This document shows, piece by piece, positions 35,865-45,276 of a stretch of DNA of 64,000 nucleotides. Every line of letters begins with the position of its first letter. Within the stretch, counting starts at the first letter, position 1. The DNA lies in assembly GCA_937894725.1 (NCBI GenBank), contig CALAYL010000054.1:617-64616 (forward strand). The letters run 5' to 3'. Origin of the DNA: an uncultured Bacteroidota bacterium. GTDB taxonomy: Bacteria; Bacteroidota; Bacteroidia; Chitinophagales; LD1. The notes beneath the pieces were generated by a model. The model did not search any database and was not told the DNA's origin. It saw only the letters and a program-made list of their open reading frames with translations. The translations under genes and the position numbers were made by a program.

Positions 35865-36584
35865 ATGAAGCGTAATTTTCTCCTCTTACTATTGATAGCA
35901 TCTACATCCCATGCATCTTTTGCCCTTACAGATAAAATTCGGCTTGGTTTTATGGCATCTCCTGGCATGAGTTGGTTTTCGCCAAAAGGAAGCGATTTGA
36001 AAAAGGGACCCATTAAATTTGCTATGAATTATGGCTTGGTGCTAGACTATTATTTTAAAGATCAAAATTATGGCATCCAAACAGGTTTATTGGGTGGGTT
36101 AGAAAATGGAGTATTGACAAGCAGAGACGCTTTTACTATCAACACCACTAAAAATGTGAGCGAACGATACAATAACCAATACATAGGGCTACCGGCATAC
36201 TTAAAATTGAAGACGAACAGTCTTAAAAAGTTTCATATTTATGGACAAGTAGGCTTTGAATTGATTTTTACGCTTTCATCGCGTGCTACATTTAGCGAGC
36301 CGCTTTTGGATGTGACCAATAGTACACTTATTGCTATCGAAAAAGAAAATATTTTTGCCAAGGATAATGGGGTAACTAAGATTATACCTGAATTTAGAAG
36401 CAATTTTTTTGACTTTAGATTGGCAGCTGGAGCCGGTTTTGAATATGACCTCACCGATCAAATAGCACTGATGGTGGGTATCAAATATCACAATGGTTTT
36501 GTGAATGTACTAAATGACCGTGACGCCAAAAAGGATCCCATCTTAGTGCGTAACCTTCTTTTTACAGTAGGTTTTATGTTCTAA
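35865..36584 (+). CDS. Small outer-membrane beta-barrel protein (PorT/OmpA-beta-barrel-like family)
   Basis: 239 aa with a signal peptide. It has alternating amphipathic beta-strand patterns (FRLAAGAGFEYDL, ALMVGIKYHNGF) and a terminal aromatic residue (TVGFMF). Confidence 0.7.
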   Translation: MKRNFLLLLLIASTSHASFALTDKIRLGFMASPGMSWFSPKGSDLKKGPIKFAMNYGLVLDYYFKDQNYGIQTGLLGGLENGVLTSRDAFTINTTKNVSERYNNQYIGLPAYLKLKTNSLKKFHIYGQVGFELIFTLSSRATFSEPLLDVTNSTLIAIEKENIFAKDNGVTKIIPEFRSNFFDFRLAAGAGFEYDLTDQIALMVGIKYHNGFVNVLNDRDAKKDPILVRNLLFTVGFMF

Positions 36585-36648
36585 GTTGTGGATTAGTTTT
36601 TTTGATGTTGTTTACAGATGATTTTACATTTGTAGAAAGTTATCTCAT

Positions 36649-37365
36649 TTGTCACTCATCCGAAAAGCATACAACTCTTACGTTTCTAACGATAAATCGT
36701 TTGCTCAATTTATTAAATCTATATCGGGAGTTACGCCCTCTAAGCTATCGTTATATAAACAAGCATTTAGCCATCGCTCTTCATTTCAAGATGCTAAAGA
36801 AAACAACGAACGCCTCGAACTCTTGGGCGATTCGGTTATAGACCTTTTGGTAGCGGAATATCTTTTTAAAAAATACCCGTATAGAGAAGAAGGTTTTATC
36901 ACCGAAATGCGCTCTAAGATTGTAAATAGAAGCTCCCTCAATGCAGTAGGGGTTCGGCTGGGGCTAACCGAAAAGGTAAACTGGAACAAAAAATATGCTA
37001 CAGCTACGCCCAAAGATATAGCGGGCAATACTTTCGAGGCATTGGTAGGGGCACTATATCTCGATGCAGGATTGGATGCGGCTCGCACGTTTATGTTTAA
37101 GCGCGTATTGAAAAATATGATAGATGTAGATACACTTGAGGCTACCGATATAGATCATAAAAGCAAACTATTTCATTTTGCTCAACGTTATGGTAAAAAA
37201 CTCACCTTCGAAATAGCTAGCGAAACCCTTAAAAATAGGCGCTCTTACTTTGTCATCAGCTTACAGCTAGATGGAGAAGAGATAGCTACCGGTGAGGGAT
37301 TTAGCAAAAAAACGGCTGAGCAAGCGGCCGCATATAAAGCCTCGCTTTTACTTAAAAACGAATAG
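36649..37365 (+). CDS. rnc: Ribonuclease III
   Basis: TTG start. Signature NERLELLGDSV, a second catalytic region (FEALVGALYLD) and a C-terminal dsRBD (GEGFSKKTAEQAAA). Confidence 0.9.
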   Translation: MSLIRKAYNSYVSNDKSFAQFIKSISGVTPSKLSLYKQAFSHRSSFQDAKENNERLELLGDSVIDLLVAEYLFKKYPYREEGFITEMRSKIVNRSSLNAVGVRLGLTEKVNWNKKYATATPKDIAGNTFEALVGALYLDAGLDAARTFMFKRVLKNMIDVDTLEATDIDHKSKLFHFAQRYGKKLTFEIASETLKNRRSYFVISLQLDGEEIATGEGFSKKTAEQAAAYKASLLLKNE

Positions 37366-37443
37366 AAGTGACGTTCGTTGAAAAAAAACCTTTGTTTGTT
37401 ATAAAAAAACTAACATATTTGTATTATAATCTAATTAAATAAG

Positions 37444-40437
37444 ATGAAAAAAAACCTCTTTTCATTCGCGATACTTACATTGTCGCATGCTATTTATGCT
37501 CAAACGGCTATCCTCAACCCAGGTTTTGAAAATTGGGGTGGTTCTGGAAAGAAGGAAGAGCCAATCAACTGGAACTCAAATCAGACTGGTACTGGCCAAG
37601 CTGCTTCAGCTTTTGCTCCTCAAACATGTTTTAAAGAAACTACAAACCCTCATTCTGGCACTTATTGTGCTAGAGTACAATCTGGATCGGCAGTGGGAGT
37701 GGTAGTAAATGGGAGTATGACCACTGGTCGAATTGAAGCTCCATCAACGAACAAGGCACTAGGCTATGTAAGTTCACTGCCTAATGACCCGGATTTTAGA
37801 ATGTCATTTATAGGCAGACCAGATAGCATTGTATTTTGGTATAGATATGCACCTTCTGGTTCAGACTACTTTTCGGTTAGTGCTTTTTTGCATGTAGATA
37901 GTGCTTTCTCTCCCGAAACTCCTGTTAGTGGCAATCATCCAGATAAGTCTGCAAATGTGATTGCTCGTGCAAATTTCACCAGTTCTACAGCTACAGTGTC
38001 CACTTGGACTAGAGTTAGTATGCCTTTTACTTATGTTGACAATAGAATACCACAATACATTTTCATCGCTTGCACTTCAAGTGGCAATCAAACAGGCGGT
38101 GTAAGTGGCACAAAACTTTATCTCGATGATTTTGATGTGTTTTACAGTCCTAAGATTCAGACGAACACTATTAATCCATTGGTGTATTATGTGTCGAGTA
38201 CTACTGGGGCAAATGTAAATGTACCCTACTCACTCTTTGGCGCTATTCAAGCAGGCAATGTGGTGACAGCCCAGCTTAGCAATGCGAGCGGATCATTTGC
38301 ATCGCCTGCGGCTATCGGTACGGCAACATCAGTGGTAGATGGTACTTTGGCCGCTACAATACCTGCGGGTACTGCTACAGGTACTACCTATAGAATCCGA
38401 ACTACAGCTTCTACTCCTGCATTGATAGGCAATGATAACGGGGCTAATATAACGATCAATTTAGCGAGCAACTCTATTTCTCCTGCCACTGCTCAAACTA
38501 TCGCATCTAATACCAATGGAGCAGGATTGCTCGTGACCGAATCTGCTGGGGCAGTGAGTAGAGTTTGGAAATATTCAACCACTTCAGGAGGAGCATATAG
38601 CAGTTTTTCACCTACAGTGACTGCAACTAGCTATGTGCCTCGATTTGCATTGGGAGGTGTATTTTATGTGGTGTGCGAAAGCACATATCCTGGTGGCTTG
38701 GTAGTGAGAAGCAATGAAGTAGAAATAAATGTGATAGGCAATTCAATTTCGCCAGCAGCTCCGCAATCTATTGGTATCAATACTAATGGGACTCCCCTCA
38801 CGGTGAGTGAAACAAGTACAGCTACTTCTCGCACTTGGAAGTTTTCTAGTATTTCTGGAGGTCCTTACAATAATTTTATCCCTGCTGTAACGGCTACAAC
38901 CTATACCCCAAATTTCACTTCTAGTGGTACTTATTTTGTGATTTGTGAAAGTGTTATCAATGGATTTACCGTAGTGAGTAATGAAGTAGAAATATCTGTG
39001 AGTACACCTTTTTTGACTACTGGAGCAATAGCAGGTTCGCCATTTGAGTTTAGTGTATCTGCGCCAGATGCTTTGGTCGATGTGCCATATACGACTACCT
39101 CAGCGGTGTTTAACTACACCAATGTGTTTACAGCTCAACTTTCAGATGGTAATGGTTCATTTGCTAATCCTACAGTCATTGGTTCTCGTCAAGACACAGT
39201 ATCAGGTATTATTAATGCCATCATACCGCATTTTATGCCTACTGGATTGGCTTATAGAATCAGAGTAGTGAGCAGCGACCTAGCCGTATCGGGTAGCAAT
39301 AATGGTACAAATTTGATTATCGATCAATTTGCCAATAGCATAGCGCCTACGGCATCTCAAACGATTTTGTATAATACTTATGGAGCTGCACTTACCGTAA
39401 GCCCATCGCAAACAGCAGCACATCAGTGGAAATATTCGCTAACGAGTGGAAGTGGTTATCAAGCATTTTCACCACCACAAACGGCAGCTACTTATACTCC
39501 AAATTTCGCTGTACCGGGCACTTACTATGTGATAGCGTGTTCTAAAAATCAGTACAACGATGAGGTTTGTAGTAATGAAGTGGAAATTATCGTTACTAAT
39601 GGTCAGACCCTTACAACTAGTGCTGTTACGGGCTCACCGTTTTTAGTCTCACCCAAAGCCAATGTGCAAATCAATGTGCCTTTCACATCCGATATTATTT
39701 TCGCTTCGGGCAATGTGTTTACTGCCGAGCTTTCAGACTATACAGGCTCTTTCGCAGCGCCAGTCAATATAGGTACGCTCTCGAGTACTGCCATCAGCCC
39801 TATAGCTGCAAAGATACCGAATAACGCTATTGCGGGCAATAAATATCGCATCCGTGTTTCCTCATCTAATCCAGTAGCTGTGGGTACAGACAATGGTATT
39901 GACCTCGAAGTGATACCTTTTGAACTAAGATTAACCCCTACCGACACACAGTATTTGTTTTTGAATGTGGTAGGTGATACCGTCACCGCTATTGAATCTC
40001 ACCCAGCTACACGGGAGTGGTTATACTCTCAGTTTTCAGGCTTTAACTATGGCTCTTTCAGCCCTCGAGCTACAGCAGTTAGCTTCGCTCCGAAAGTGCC
40101 AAACTTAGGTACTTACTACATGATTTGTCGCGCTGTCAATGCCGCAATGGATACACTTGCTTCTACTGAAATAGTATTGATTGTTTCTAGAGATACCACT
40201 AGCATAGATAATCTGAAATACAGTACTACCAAGGTATTTGTGAGCAATGGAATATTACACATATGGAGAGATAACAATCAATCTGCGCGTATCAAGCTTT
40301 ACACTGTAAATGGACAGATGATAGTAGATCAGATGGTAGAGGAGAGTCGTACTAATATAGATTTGAGTAGATTTTCAGAAGGGGTATATCTGTTTGAAAT
40401 CAATGGAAACAATGGCAAAATCAACTTAACAAAATAA
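37444..40437 (+). CDS. Large modular T9SS cargo / putative adhesin (N-terminal jelly-roll-like domain, seven Ig-like modules of two types, type-A sorting domain)
   Basis: 997 aa with signal peptide ...IYAQ. The N-terminal domain (NPGFENWGG...KLYLDDFDVFY) resembles PCMD/glycan-binding domains. The internal modules are described in the separate repeat feature. The C-terminus is KLYTVNGQMIVDQ...GVYLFEINGNNGKINLTK. Confidence 0.85.
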   Translation: MKKNLFSFAILTLSHAIYAQTAILNPGFENWGGSGKKEEPINWNSNQTGTGQAASAFAPQTCFKETTNPHSGTYCARVQSGSAVGVVVNGSMTTGRIEAPSTNKALGYVSSLPNDPDFRMSFIGRPDSIVFWYRYAPSGSDYFSVSAFLHVDSAFSPETPVSGNHPDKSANVIARANFTSSTATVSTWTRVSMPFTYVDNRIPQYIFIACTSSGNQTGGVSGTKLYLDDFDVFYSPKIQTNTINPLVYYVSSTTGANVNVPYSLFGAIQAGNVVTAQLSNASGSFASPAAIGTATSVVDGTLAATIPAGTATGTTYRIRTTASTPALIGNDNGANITINLASNSISPATAQTIASNTNGAGLLVTESAGAVSRVWKYSTTSGGAYSSFSPTVTATSYVPRFALGGVFYVVCESTYPGGLVVRSNEVEINVIGNSISPAAPQSIGINTNGTPLTVSETSTATSRTWKFSSISGGPYNNFIPAVTATTYTPNFTSSGTYFVICESVINGFTVVSNEVEISVSTPFLTTGAIAGSPFEFSVSAPDALVDVPYTTTSAVFNYTNVFTAQLSDGNGSFANPTVIGSRQDTVSGIINAIIPHFMPTGLAYRIRVVSSDLAVSGSNNGTNLIIDQFANSIAPTASQTILYNTYGAALTVSPSQTAAHQWKYSLTSGSGYQAFSPPQTAATYTPNFAVPGTYYVIACSKNQYNDEVCSNEVEIIVTNGQTLTTSAVTGSPFLVSPKANVQINVPFTSDIIFASGNVFTAELSDYTGSFAAPVNIGTLSSTAISPIAAKIPNNAIAGNKYRIRVSSSNPVAVGTDNGIDLEVIPFELRLTPTDTQYLFLNVVGDTVTAIESHPATREWLYSQFSGFNYGSFSPRATAVSFAPKVPNLGTYYMICRAVNAAMDTLASTEIVLIVSRDTTSIDNLKYSTTKVFVSNGILHIWRDNNQSARIKLYTVNGQMIVDQMVEESRTNIDLSRFSEGVYLFEINGNNGKINLTK
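38149..40187 (+). repeat. Protein-level repeat array, two module types in the order A-B-B-A-B-A-B (boundaries approximate)
   Basis: Type A is about 105 aa, with core NVFTAQLS(D/N)..GSFA.P..IG......I.A.IP......Y.IRV.SS. Approximate positions are 38149-38463, 39004-39327 and 39598-39915.
Type B is about 90 aa, with core NSI.P...Q.I..NT.G..LTV.E......W.Y(S)...G..Y..F.P..TA..Y.P.F...G.Y.V.C.S......V.SNEVEI.V. Approximate positions are 38464-38739, 38740-39003, 39328-39597 and 39916-40187. Confidence 0.7.
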
Positions 40438-40438
40438 C

Positions 40439-40975
40439 ATGAAAAGAAAAATTATTTTAGTGCTCATCGCAGCCTCAGTGGGTTTAGTTGCTTGTAAGGC
40501 ATTAAAAAAACTGACACAATTTAGGGTAAACTATGCGACTTCGTTTACGATACCATCTTCGATAGTGGTCAATGTGCCATTGGATATACTCACGCCTGAG
40601 ATGCAGACAAATATTTCGCAAGAGTTAGAAAATAACAATAGCAACAAAGATCTCATCGAGAGTGTAAAACTTGAAGAAATGCGACTTACTATAGCTTCGC
40701 CAGCTGGGCAAGATTTTAGTTTTCTGAAAGATGTACGACTCTTTATTTCAGCCGATGGATTGGCGGAGAGACAAATAGCCTATAAGGAAAACATACCAGA
40801 GAATGTAGGGGGTGAAATAGTGATGGACATAATAGACGAAGAGCTAAAAGATTATCTCAAAAAAGATAAAATTACACTACGAGCAAAGGCAACTACAGAT
40901 AAATTAATCACCCAAAATGTAAACGTAAATGTGGCCAATCGCTTCTTTGTTGATGCCAAAATTTTAGGTTTGTAA
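40439..40975 (+). CDS. Lipoprotein of unknown function, translationally coupled to the adhesin gene
   Basis: 178 aa. Lipobox ASVGLVAC (Cys19). The ATG is 1 nt after the adhesin stop, and the gene is followed by a strong terminator. Confidence 0.7.
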   Translation: MKRKIILVLIAASVGLVACKALKKLTQFRVNYATSFTIPSSIVVNVPLDILTPEMQTNISQELENNNSNKDLIESVKLEEMRLTIASPAGQDFSFLKDVRLFISADGLAERQIAYKENIPENVGGEIVMDIIDEELKDYLKKDKITLRAKATTDKLITQNVNVNVANRFFVDAKILGL

Positions 40976-41001
40976 AAAGATATTCGTACCAAAACCAAAA
41001 C

Positions 41002-41037
41002 AAAGCCACGCTGTATAGCAGACGTGGCTTTTTTGTT
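41002..41037 (+). terminator. Rho-independent terminator
   Basis: AAGCCACG (41003-41010) pairs with CGTGGCTT (41023-41030) around a 12-nt loop, followed by TTTTT. Confidence 0.75.
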
Positions 41038-41063
41038 TTAACTTGCACGTCAAACGTTTGATT

Positions 41064-42122
41064 ATGCATACTACTGCTCGAAAAATAATTGGTTATTGGT
41101 TGATACTAGGCTGTATATTAGTTTTTTTTCAAGTCATCATCGGAGGGGTTACGAGACTTACGGGTAGTGGACTGTCTATCACCGAGTGGAAGCCAATAGT
41201 AGGAGCTATACCGCCTATCACAGCAGCAGATTGGCAAGCACGCTTTGAAGAGTACAAAACTGTCGTACAGTTTAAGCATCTTAATCAAGACATGAATTTG
41301 TCCGAGTTTAAGTTCATATTTTTTTGGGAATATTTTCATCGACTATGGGCTCGCTTTATGGGCTTTGCATTTATTATTCCATTCTTTTTTTTCTTGTATA
41401 AAAAATGGATACCAACTCCACTGCTCAAGCGCCTTTCACTAGTACTGTTCTGGGGCGGATTGGTCGGCCTATACGGATGGGTCATGGTCAAAAATGGTTT
41501 GACAGGACTTTATGTGCCTCCTGTTTTTTTAAGTATTCACTTGATTTTGGCATTAAGTCTTTTTTCTTATTTAGTTTGGTTAGCGAGCTATGTACTCAGC
41601 GGAGATATGCCTAGTGGACTACTAGCCACTAGGCTAAAAAAAGGGATATGGATAGCCTTTTTATTGTTGTTTATACAAGTGTTTTTGGGAGGCATTGTGT
41701 CTGGCATGAAAGCTGGATTGGCATATCCCACTTGGCCCGATATGAATGGGGAACTTATACCCGCTGCTTTGTATAATTTACCCCCCTCACTCCAAGGTAT
41801 TTTTCACTACGACCCTGCCGATTTTTGGGGTAGAACCTTTATTCAATTTATACATCGTGCTGTAGCGTATATTTTGACCTTATTGCTTTTGTGGGTCTCA
41901 TTTTCCAATCAAAAATTTACAAACGATAAAGCCGCCCTAGTAGGTATTAAATTATTGCCTTTTACCGTATTGTTTCAAGTGGCGATAGGTATTTTTACTA
42001 TCCTTAACTGTGTAGGTGAAGTGCCTGTTTTTTGGGGTGTGATGCACCAAGCTGGGGCTATGCTACTCATCGCCAATTTGAGTTTTTTAGTGTTTAAAGC
42101 TGGTAAGAACCAAACGTATTAG
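41064..42122 (+). CDS. ctaA: Heme A synthase (COX15/CtaA family)
   Basis: About 352 aa counted from ATG 41064; the ORF track starts at an upstream TTG at 41043. It is a polytopic protein with conserved His residues in TM contexts (WEYFHRLWAR, FIHRAVAY, GVMHQAGA). Confidence 0.85.
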   Translation: MHTTARKIIGYWLILGCILVFFQVIIGGVTRLTGSGLSITEWKPIVGAIPPITAADWQARFEEYKTVVQFKHLNQDMNLSEFKFIFFWEYFHRLWARFMGFAFIIPFFFFLYKKWIPTPLLKRLSLVLFWGGLVGLYGWVMVKNGLTGLYVPPVFLSIHLILALSLFSYLVWLASYVLSGDMPSGLLATRLKKGIWIAFLLLFIQVFLGGIVSGMKAGLAYPTWPDMNGELIPAALYNLPPSLQGIFHYDPADFWGRTFIQFIHRAVAYILTLLLLWVSFSNQKFTNDKAALVGIKLLPFTVLFQVAIGIFTILNCVGEVPVFWGVMHQAGAMLLIANLSFLVFKAGKNQTY

Positions 42123-42160
42123 AGGTGTCAAAAATCTATTTTTTTTGTATCCTAAGTGTG

Positions 42161-42181
42161 GTGTCATTGAAACAATGACAC
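42161..42181 (+). terminator. Perfect 9-bp hairpin after ctaA (possible terminator, no T-run)
   Basis: GTGTCATTG-AAA-CAATGACAC, 39 nt after the ctaA stop. It is not followed by a U-tract. Confidence 0.35.
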
Positions 42182-42288
42182 AAGTTTAACTCACACTCGC
42201 CTTATAGTTGACTGCATAGGTAGCACTAGCAGTTTAACGAAAGCTACAAAGCAAATACACAAAATCGATTTGTTAAGAAAATTAAATC

Positions 42289-42318
42289 TTTGCATTTTGA
42301 TTTCGTTCCGTACATTTG
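42289..42318 (+). promoter_or_regulatory. Candidate Bacteroidota sigma-A promoter for kup (TTTG-N18-TAcaTTTG)
   Basis: TTTG at 42289-42292 and TACATTTG at 42311-42318, 38 nt upstream of the kup ATG. Confidence 0.4.
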
Positions 42319-42356
42319 CATTCCTTTCATGTTGGCTATCATAAAAACAACTTTCC

Positions 42357-44303
42357 ATGGCGGATAACGCACACGCTCATCATAAGCTCTCAGCTGCAGG
42401 AGCATTGATAACCCTAGGTATTATTTTTGGCGATATAGGTACATCGCCCATCTATGTGTTAAAAGCGATTATCAAAGGGCAGACACTACGACCAGAGCTC
42501 ATTTTAGGAGGATTATCATGTGTGTTTTGGACATTGCTATTGATTACCACCGTCAAGTATGTGTATCTCGCACTCAATGCTGATAACAAAGGTGAAGGGG
42601 GGATTTTTGCACTCTATGCTTTAGTCAAACGATTTAAAGTCGAGTGGACAATTTATCCCGCCATTATCGGTTGTGCTACGCTCATAGCCGATGGATTTAT
42701 AACTCCACCTATTTCTATTTCATCTGCTGTCGAGGGTTTGCAAATTGTTTTTCCACACCTTACTACTGTAGTACCTATCGTACTCATCATACTTACGGGT
42801 TTATTTACGTTTCAACAGTTTGGAACTAAAGTGGTAGGGGCCATTTTTGGCCCTGTAATGCTAGTTTGGTTTACTATGATAGCGATATTAGGGATAAGCC
42901 AAATCATTAAACATCCAGCAGTATTGCAAGCAGCCAACCCCTATTGGGCAGTACATCTACTTGCCATAGAGCCAGGTGGGTTCTGGATATTGGGCGCTGT
43001 ATTTTTGTGCACTACTGGAGGAGAGGCTTTGTATTCCGATTTGGGGCACTGTGGCAAACAAAACATTCGGATTACATGGGTGTTTGTGATTATTTGTTTG
43101 ATGTTGAATTATTTCGGACAATCTGCCTTTTTGTTGCGAAGCCTCGATGAAGGATTTGTGACGGGTACTCCATTTTATGACATTATGCCCAGATGGTTTT
43201 TGCCTTATGGCATAGCTGTAGCTACTATGGCGGCTATAATCGCCTCGCAGGCGCTGATTACTGGTTGTTTTACTTTGGTAAACGAAGCGATGAAGATGCG
43301 CCTTTGGCCTAATATGAAAGTGGTGTATCCAACAAATGTGCAAGGGCAGATTTATATACCAGGTATGAACTGGTTTTTGTTTTTAGGATGTATTGGGGTG
43401 GTGTTTCTTTTTAAAGAATCAAGTGCCATGGAAGCCGCATATGGATTGGCCATCACACTCGATATGCTCATGACCACCACACTCATGATATATTTATTTG
43501 TATTTCGTAAAACGCCTAGGTGGACAGTGTTCATTTTTGGCGCGTTCTTTTATACTATCGAAGGGGCATTTTTCCTATCCAATCTTGAGAAATTTCCACA
43601 CGGAGGTTGGTTTACCTTTTTGATTTCCGTAGTGATTTTTATAGGAATGTTTGTGTTCTATAGAGCGAGAAAATTGAGAGCCAAGCATCTAGAATTTGTG
43701 GAGTTGAAAGATTATGTAGAGCCACTCAAAGAATTGATGAAAGATGAAAGTATTCCCAAGGAGGCAAACAATCTTGTGTATCTCTGTATGGCAGATGATA
43801 AGAGTCATATCGACTCGAATATCATGTATTCTATTTTTAGAAAGCGACCTAAACGTGCCGATATTTATTGGTTTGTGCATGTACATATTTCGAGCGACCC
43901 TTATGGTGCAAGCTATTCGGTAGATACTATCATTCCTGGTCGTTGCTTTTTTGTACGTTTAAAATTTGGGTTTAAAGTTGAGCATAAAGTCAATTTGATG
44001 TTCAATAAAATTGTAGAAGAAATGGTGTTGAGTGGTGAGGTAGATCAAATAAGCCATTATCCATCTTTACGTAAATACAATATGCCAGCAGACTTTAAGT
44101 TTATCTTGCTCAACTCTCGTGTAGCTATAGATGATGCGCTCACAGCACTTGAGCAGTTTGTGGTCAAAGGGTATAGGTTGATAAAGAAATTTAGTCTTTC
44201 TACTGCCGAAGATTTTGGACTAGAGCTGACTAACGTGGAAGAAGAGAAAGTGCCGATTACTATCAAAACAGCGTCTAATATCAAGCTAACTAGGGTGTAC
44301 TAG
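42357..44303 (+). CDS. kup: KUP/HAK/KT potassium uptake transporter
   Basis: 648 aa. N-terminus ALITLGIIFGDIGTSPIYV, about 12 TM segments and a cytoplasmic C-terminal domain. Confidence 0.95.
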   Translation: MADNAHAHHKLSAAGALITLGIIFGDIGTSPIYVLKAIIKGQTLRPELILGGLSCVFWTLLLITTVKYVYLALNADNKGEGGIFALYALVKRFKVEWTIYPAIIGCATLIADGFITPPISISSAVEGLQIVFPHLTTVVPIVLIILTGLFTFQQFGTKVVGAIFGPVMLVWFTMIAILGISQIIKHPAVLQAANPYWAVHLLAIEPGGFWILGAVFLCTTGGEALYSDLGHCGKQNIRITWVFVIICLMLNYFGQSAFLLRSLDEGFVTGTPFYDIMPRWFLPYGIAVATMAAIIASQALITGCFTLVNEAMKMRLWPNMKVVYPTNVQGQIYIPGMNWFLFLGCIGVVFLFKESSAMEAAYGLAITLDMLMTTTLMIYLFVFRKTPRWTVFIFGAFFYTIEGAFFLSNLEKFPHGGWFTFLISVVIFIGMFVFYRARKLRAKHLEFVELKDYVEPLKELMKDESIPKEANNLVYLCMADDKSHIDSNIMYSIFRKRPKRADIYWFVHVHISSDPYGASYSVDTIIPGRCFFVRLKFGFKVEHKVNLMFNKIVEEMVLSGEVDQISHYPSLRKYNMPADFKFILLNSRVAIDDALTALEQFVVKGYRLIKKFSLSTAEDFGLELTNVEEEKVPITIKTASNIKLTRVY

Positions 44304-45135
44304 AGTCTCTGTTCAGGTGCCATGCAAAAAGTGGCTCAATCGGACTTTTTAGAAATACACCTTGTTTTGCATTTTTTTCTGCAAGTACTTCTATCACGAT
44401 ATTCTGAAAGTGGAAGGCTAAACTACCTACAAAAGAGACTTCGTACTCCTCATAATTTGGATAACAACACACGTGTTTTTCTATAAAATCGGTAAATCCT
44501 TTTTTTACTAAAATCGTTACATAATCCTTATCTGTTGTCTCAGAGAGCACCTTTGCAAATGATGCAAGATATACGTTGGCGTTAGGTTTTTTATAGATAT
44601 TGTCAAAAATGATTTCTTTAGTTAAACCATATTTTTCGGTCAATAAATCGCGTGTAGTCGAAGGAGATTTAGCGTACAGAAAGTCAATCAACAGTTGCTT
44701 GCCAAAATAGCTACCGCTGCCCTCATCGCCCAAAATATAGCCTAGAGAAGGCACTATCTCGGTGAGATTTTTGCCATCGTATAGACACGAATTAGATCCT
44801 GTACCTATGATGCACGCGACATTTGGAGTACCCGTATGCGTAGCATAGGCCGCAGCTTCGAGATCATGGCCAATATATAACTTTGCATTAGGAAAAAATG
44901 CCGAAAGTGCATTTTCAATTACGGATTTTCTTTCATCACTGGAGCATGCCGCTCCGTAAAAATAGAGCTCAGTTATTTGGCCTTTTATTGCTTGCAGACC
45001 TGCTGATTTAGCTATTTCATCCAAAATAAACGCAGTGGAATGGAAAAAGGGATTAAATCCCATCGTTTCAATCAGCGAGTTAGATTCCGTTTTCCATTGT
45101 GTTTTGGTAGATCCAGCATCAGCGACTAGGAGCAT
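44290..45135 (-). CDS. BadF/BadG/BcrA/BcrD-type ATPase (N-acetylglucosamine kinase-like)
   Basis: The start is taken at the internal Met (MLLVADAGSTKTQW). It has ASKHA-fold phosphate motifs (ADAGSTKT, IIGTGSNS, LGDEGSG). Its 3' end overlaps kup by 14 nt in convergent orientation. Confidence 0.8.
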   Translation of the reverse strand: MLLVADAGSTKTQWKTESNSLIETMGFNPFFHSTAFILDEIAKSAGLQAIKGQITELYFYGAACSSDERKSVIENALSAFFPNAKLYIGHDLEAAAYATHTGTPNVACIIGTGSNSCLYDGKNLTEIVPSLGYILGDEGSGSYFGKQLLIDFLYAKSPSTTRDLLTEKYGLTKEIIFDNIYKKPNANVYLASFAKVLSETTDKDYVTILVKKGFTDFIEKHVCCYPNYEEYEVSFVGSLAFHFQNIVIEVLAEKNAKQGVFLKSPIEPLFAWHLNRDSSTP

Positions 45136-45276
45136 AGTGGTTTTTTTTACGAAGATATTAAAATTCAATTTTGTTGCTTTTTCTAAAAACTTAAGTACTC
45201 ACTTACTTGTTGTTAGATTTTGCTTTCAATTATCTGTACATTAGTGGCTTGTTTTTAAACTATCTATTTTTAGCCC

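Noticed and set aside
36602-36841. 79-aa ORF overlapping the rnc start
   Set aside because: It is in an alternative frame to RNase III, whose N-terminus (with a TTG start) matches the family pattern. The 79-aa product has no protein-like features.
37444-40437. Diversity-generating retroelement target or recent DNA tandem repeats in the adhesin gene
   Set aside because: The modules are diverged at the nucleotide level. No template repeat or reverse transcriptase is nearby, and no adenine-specific variation pattern is visible.
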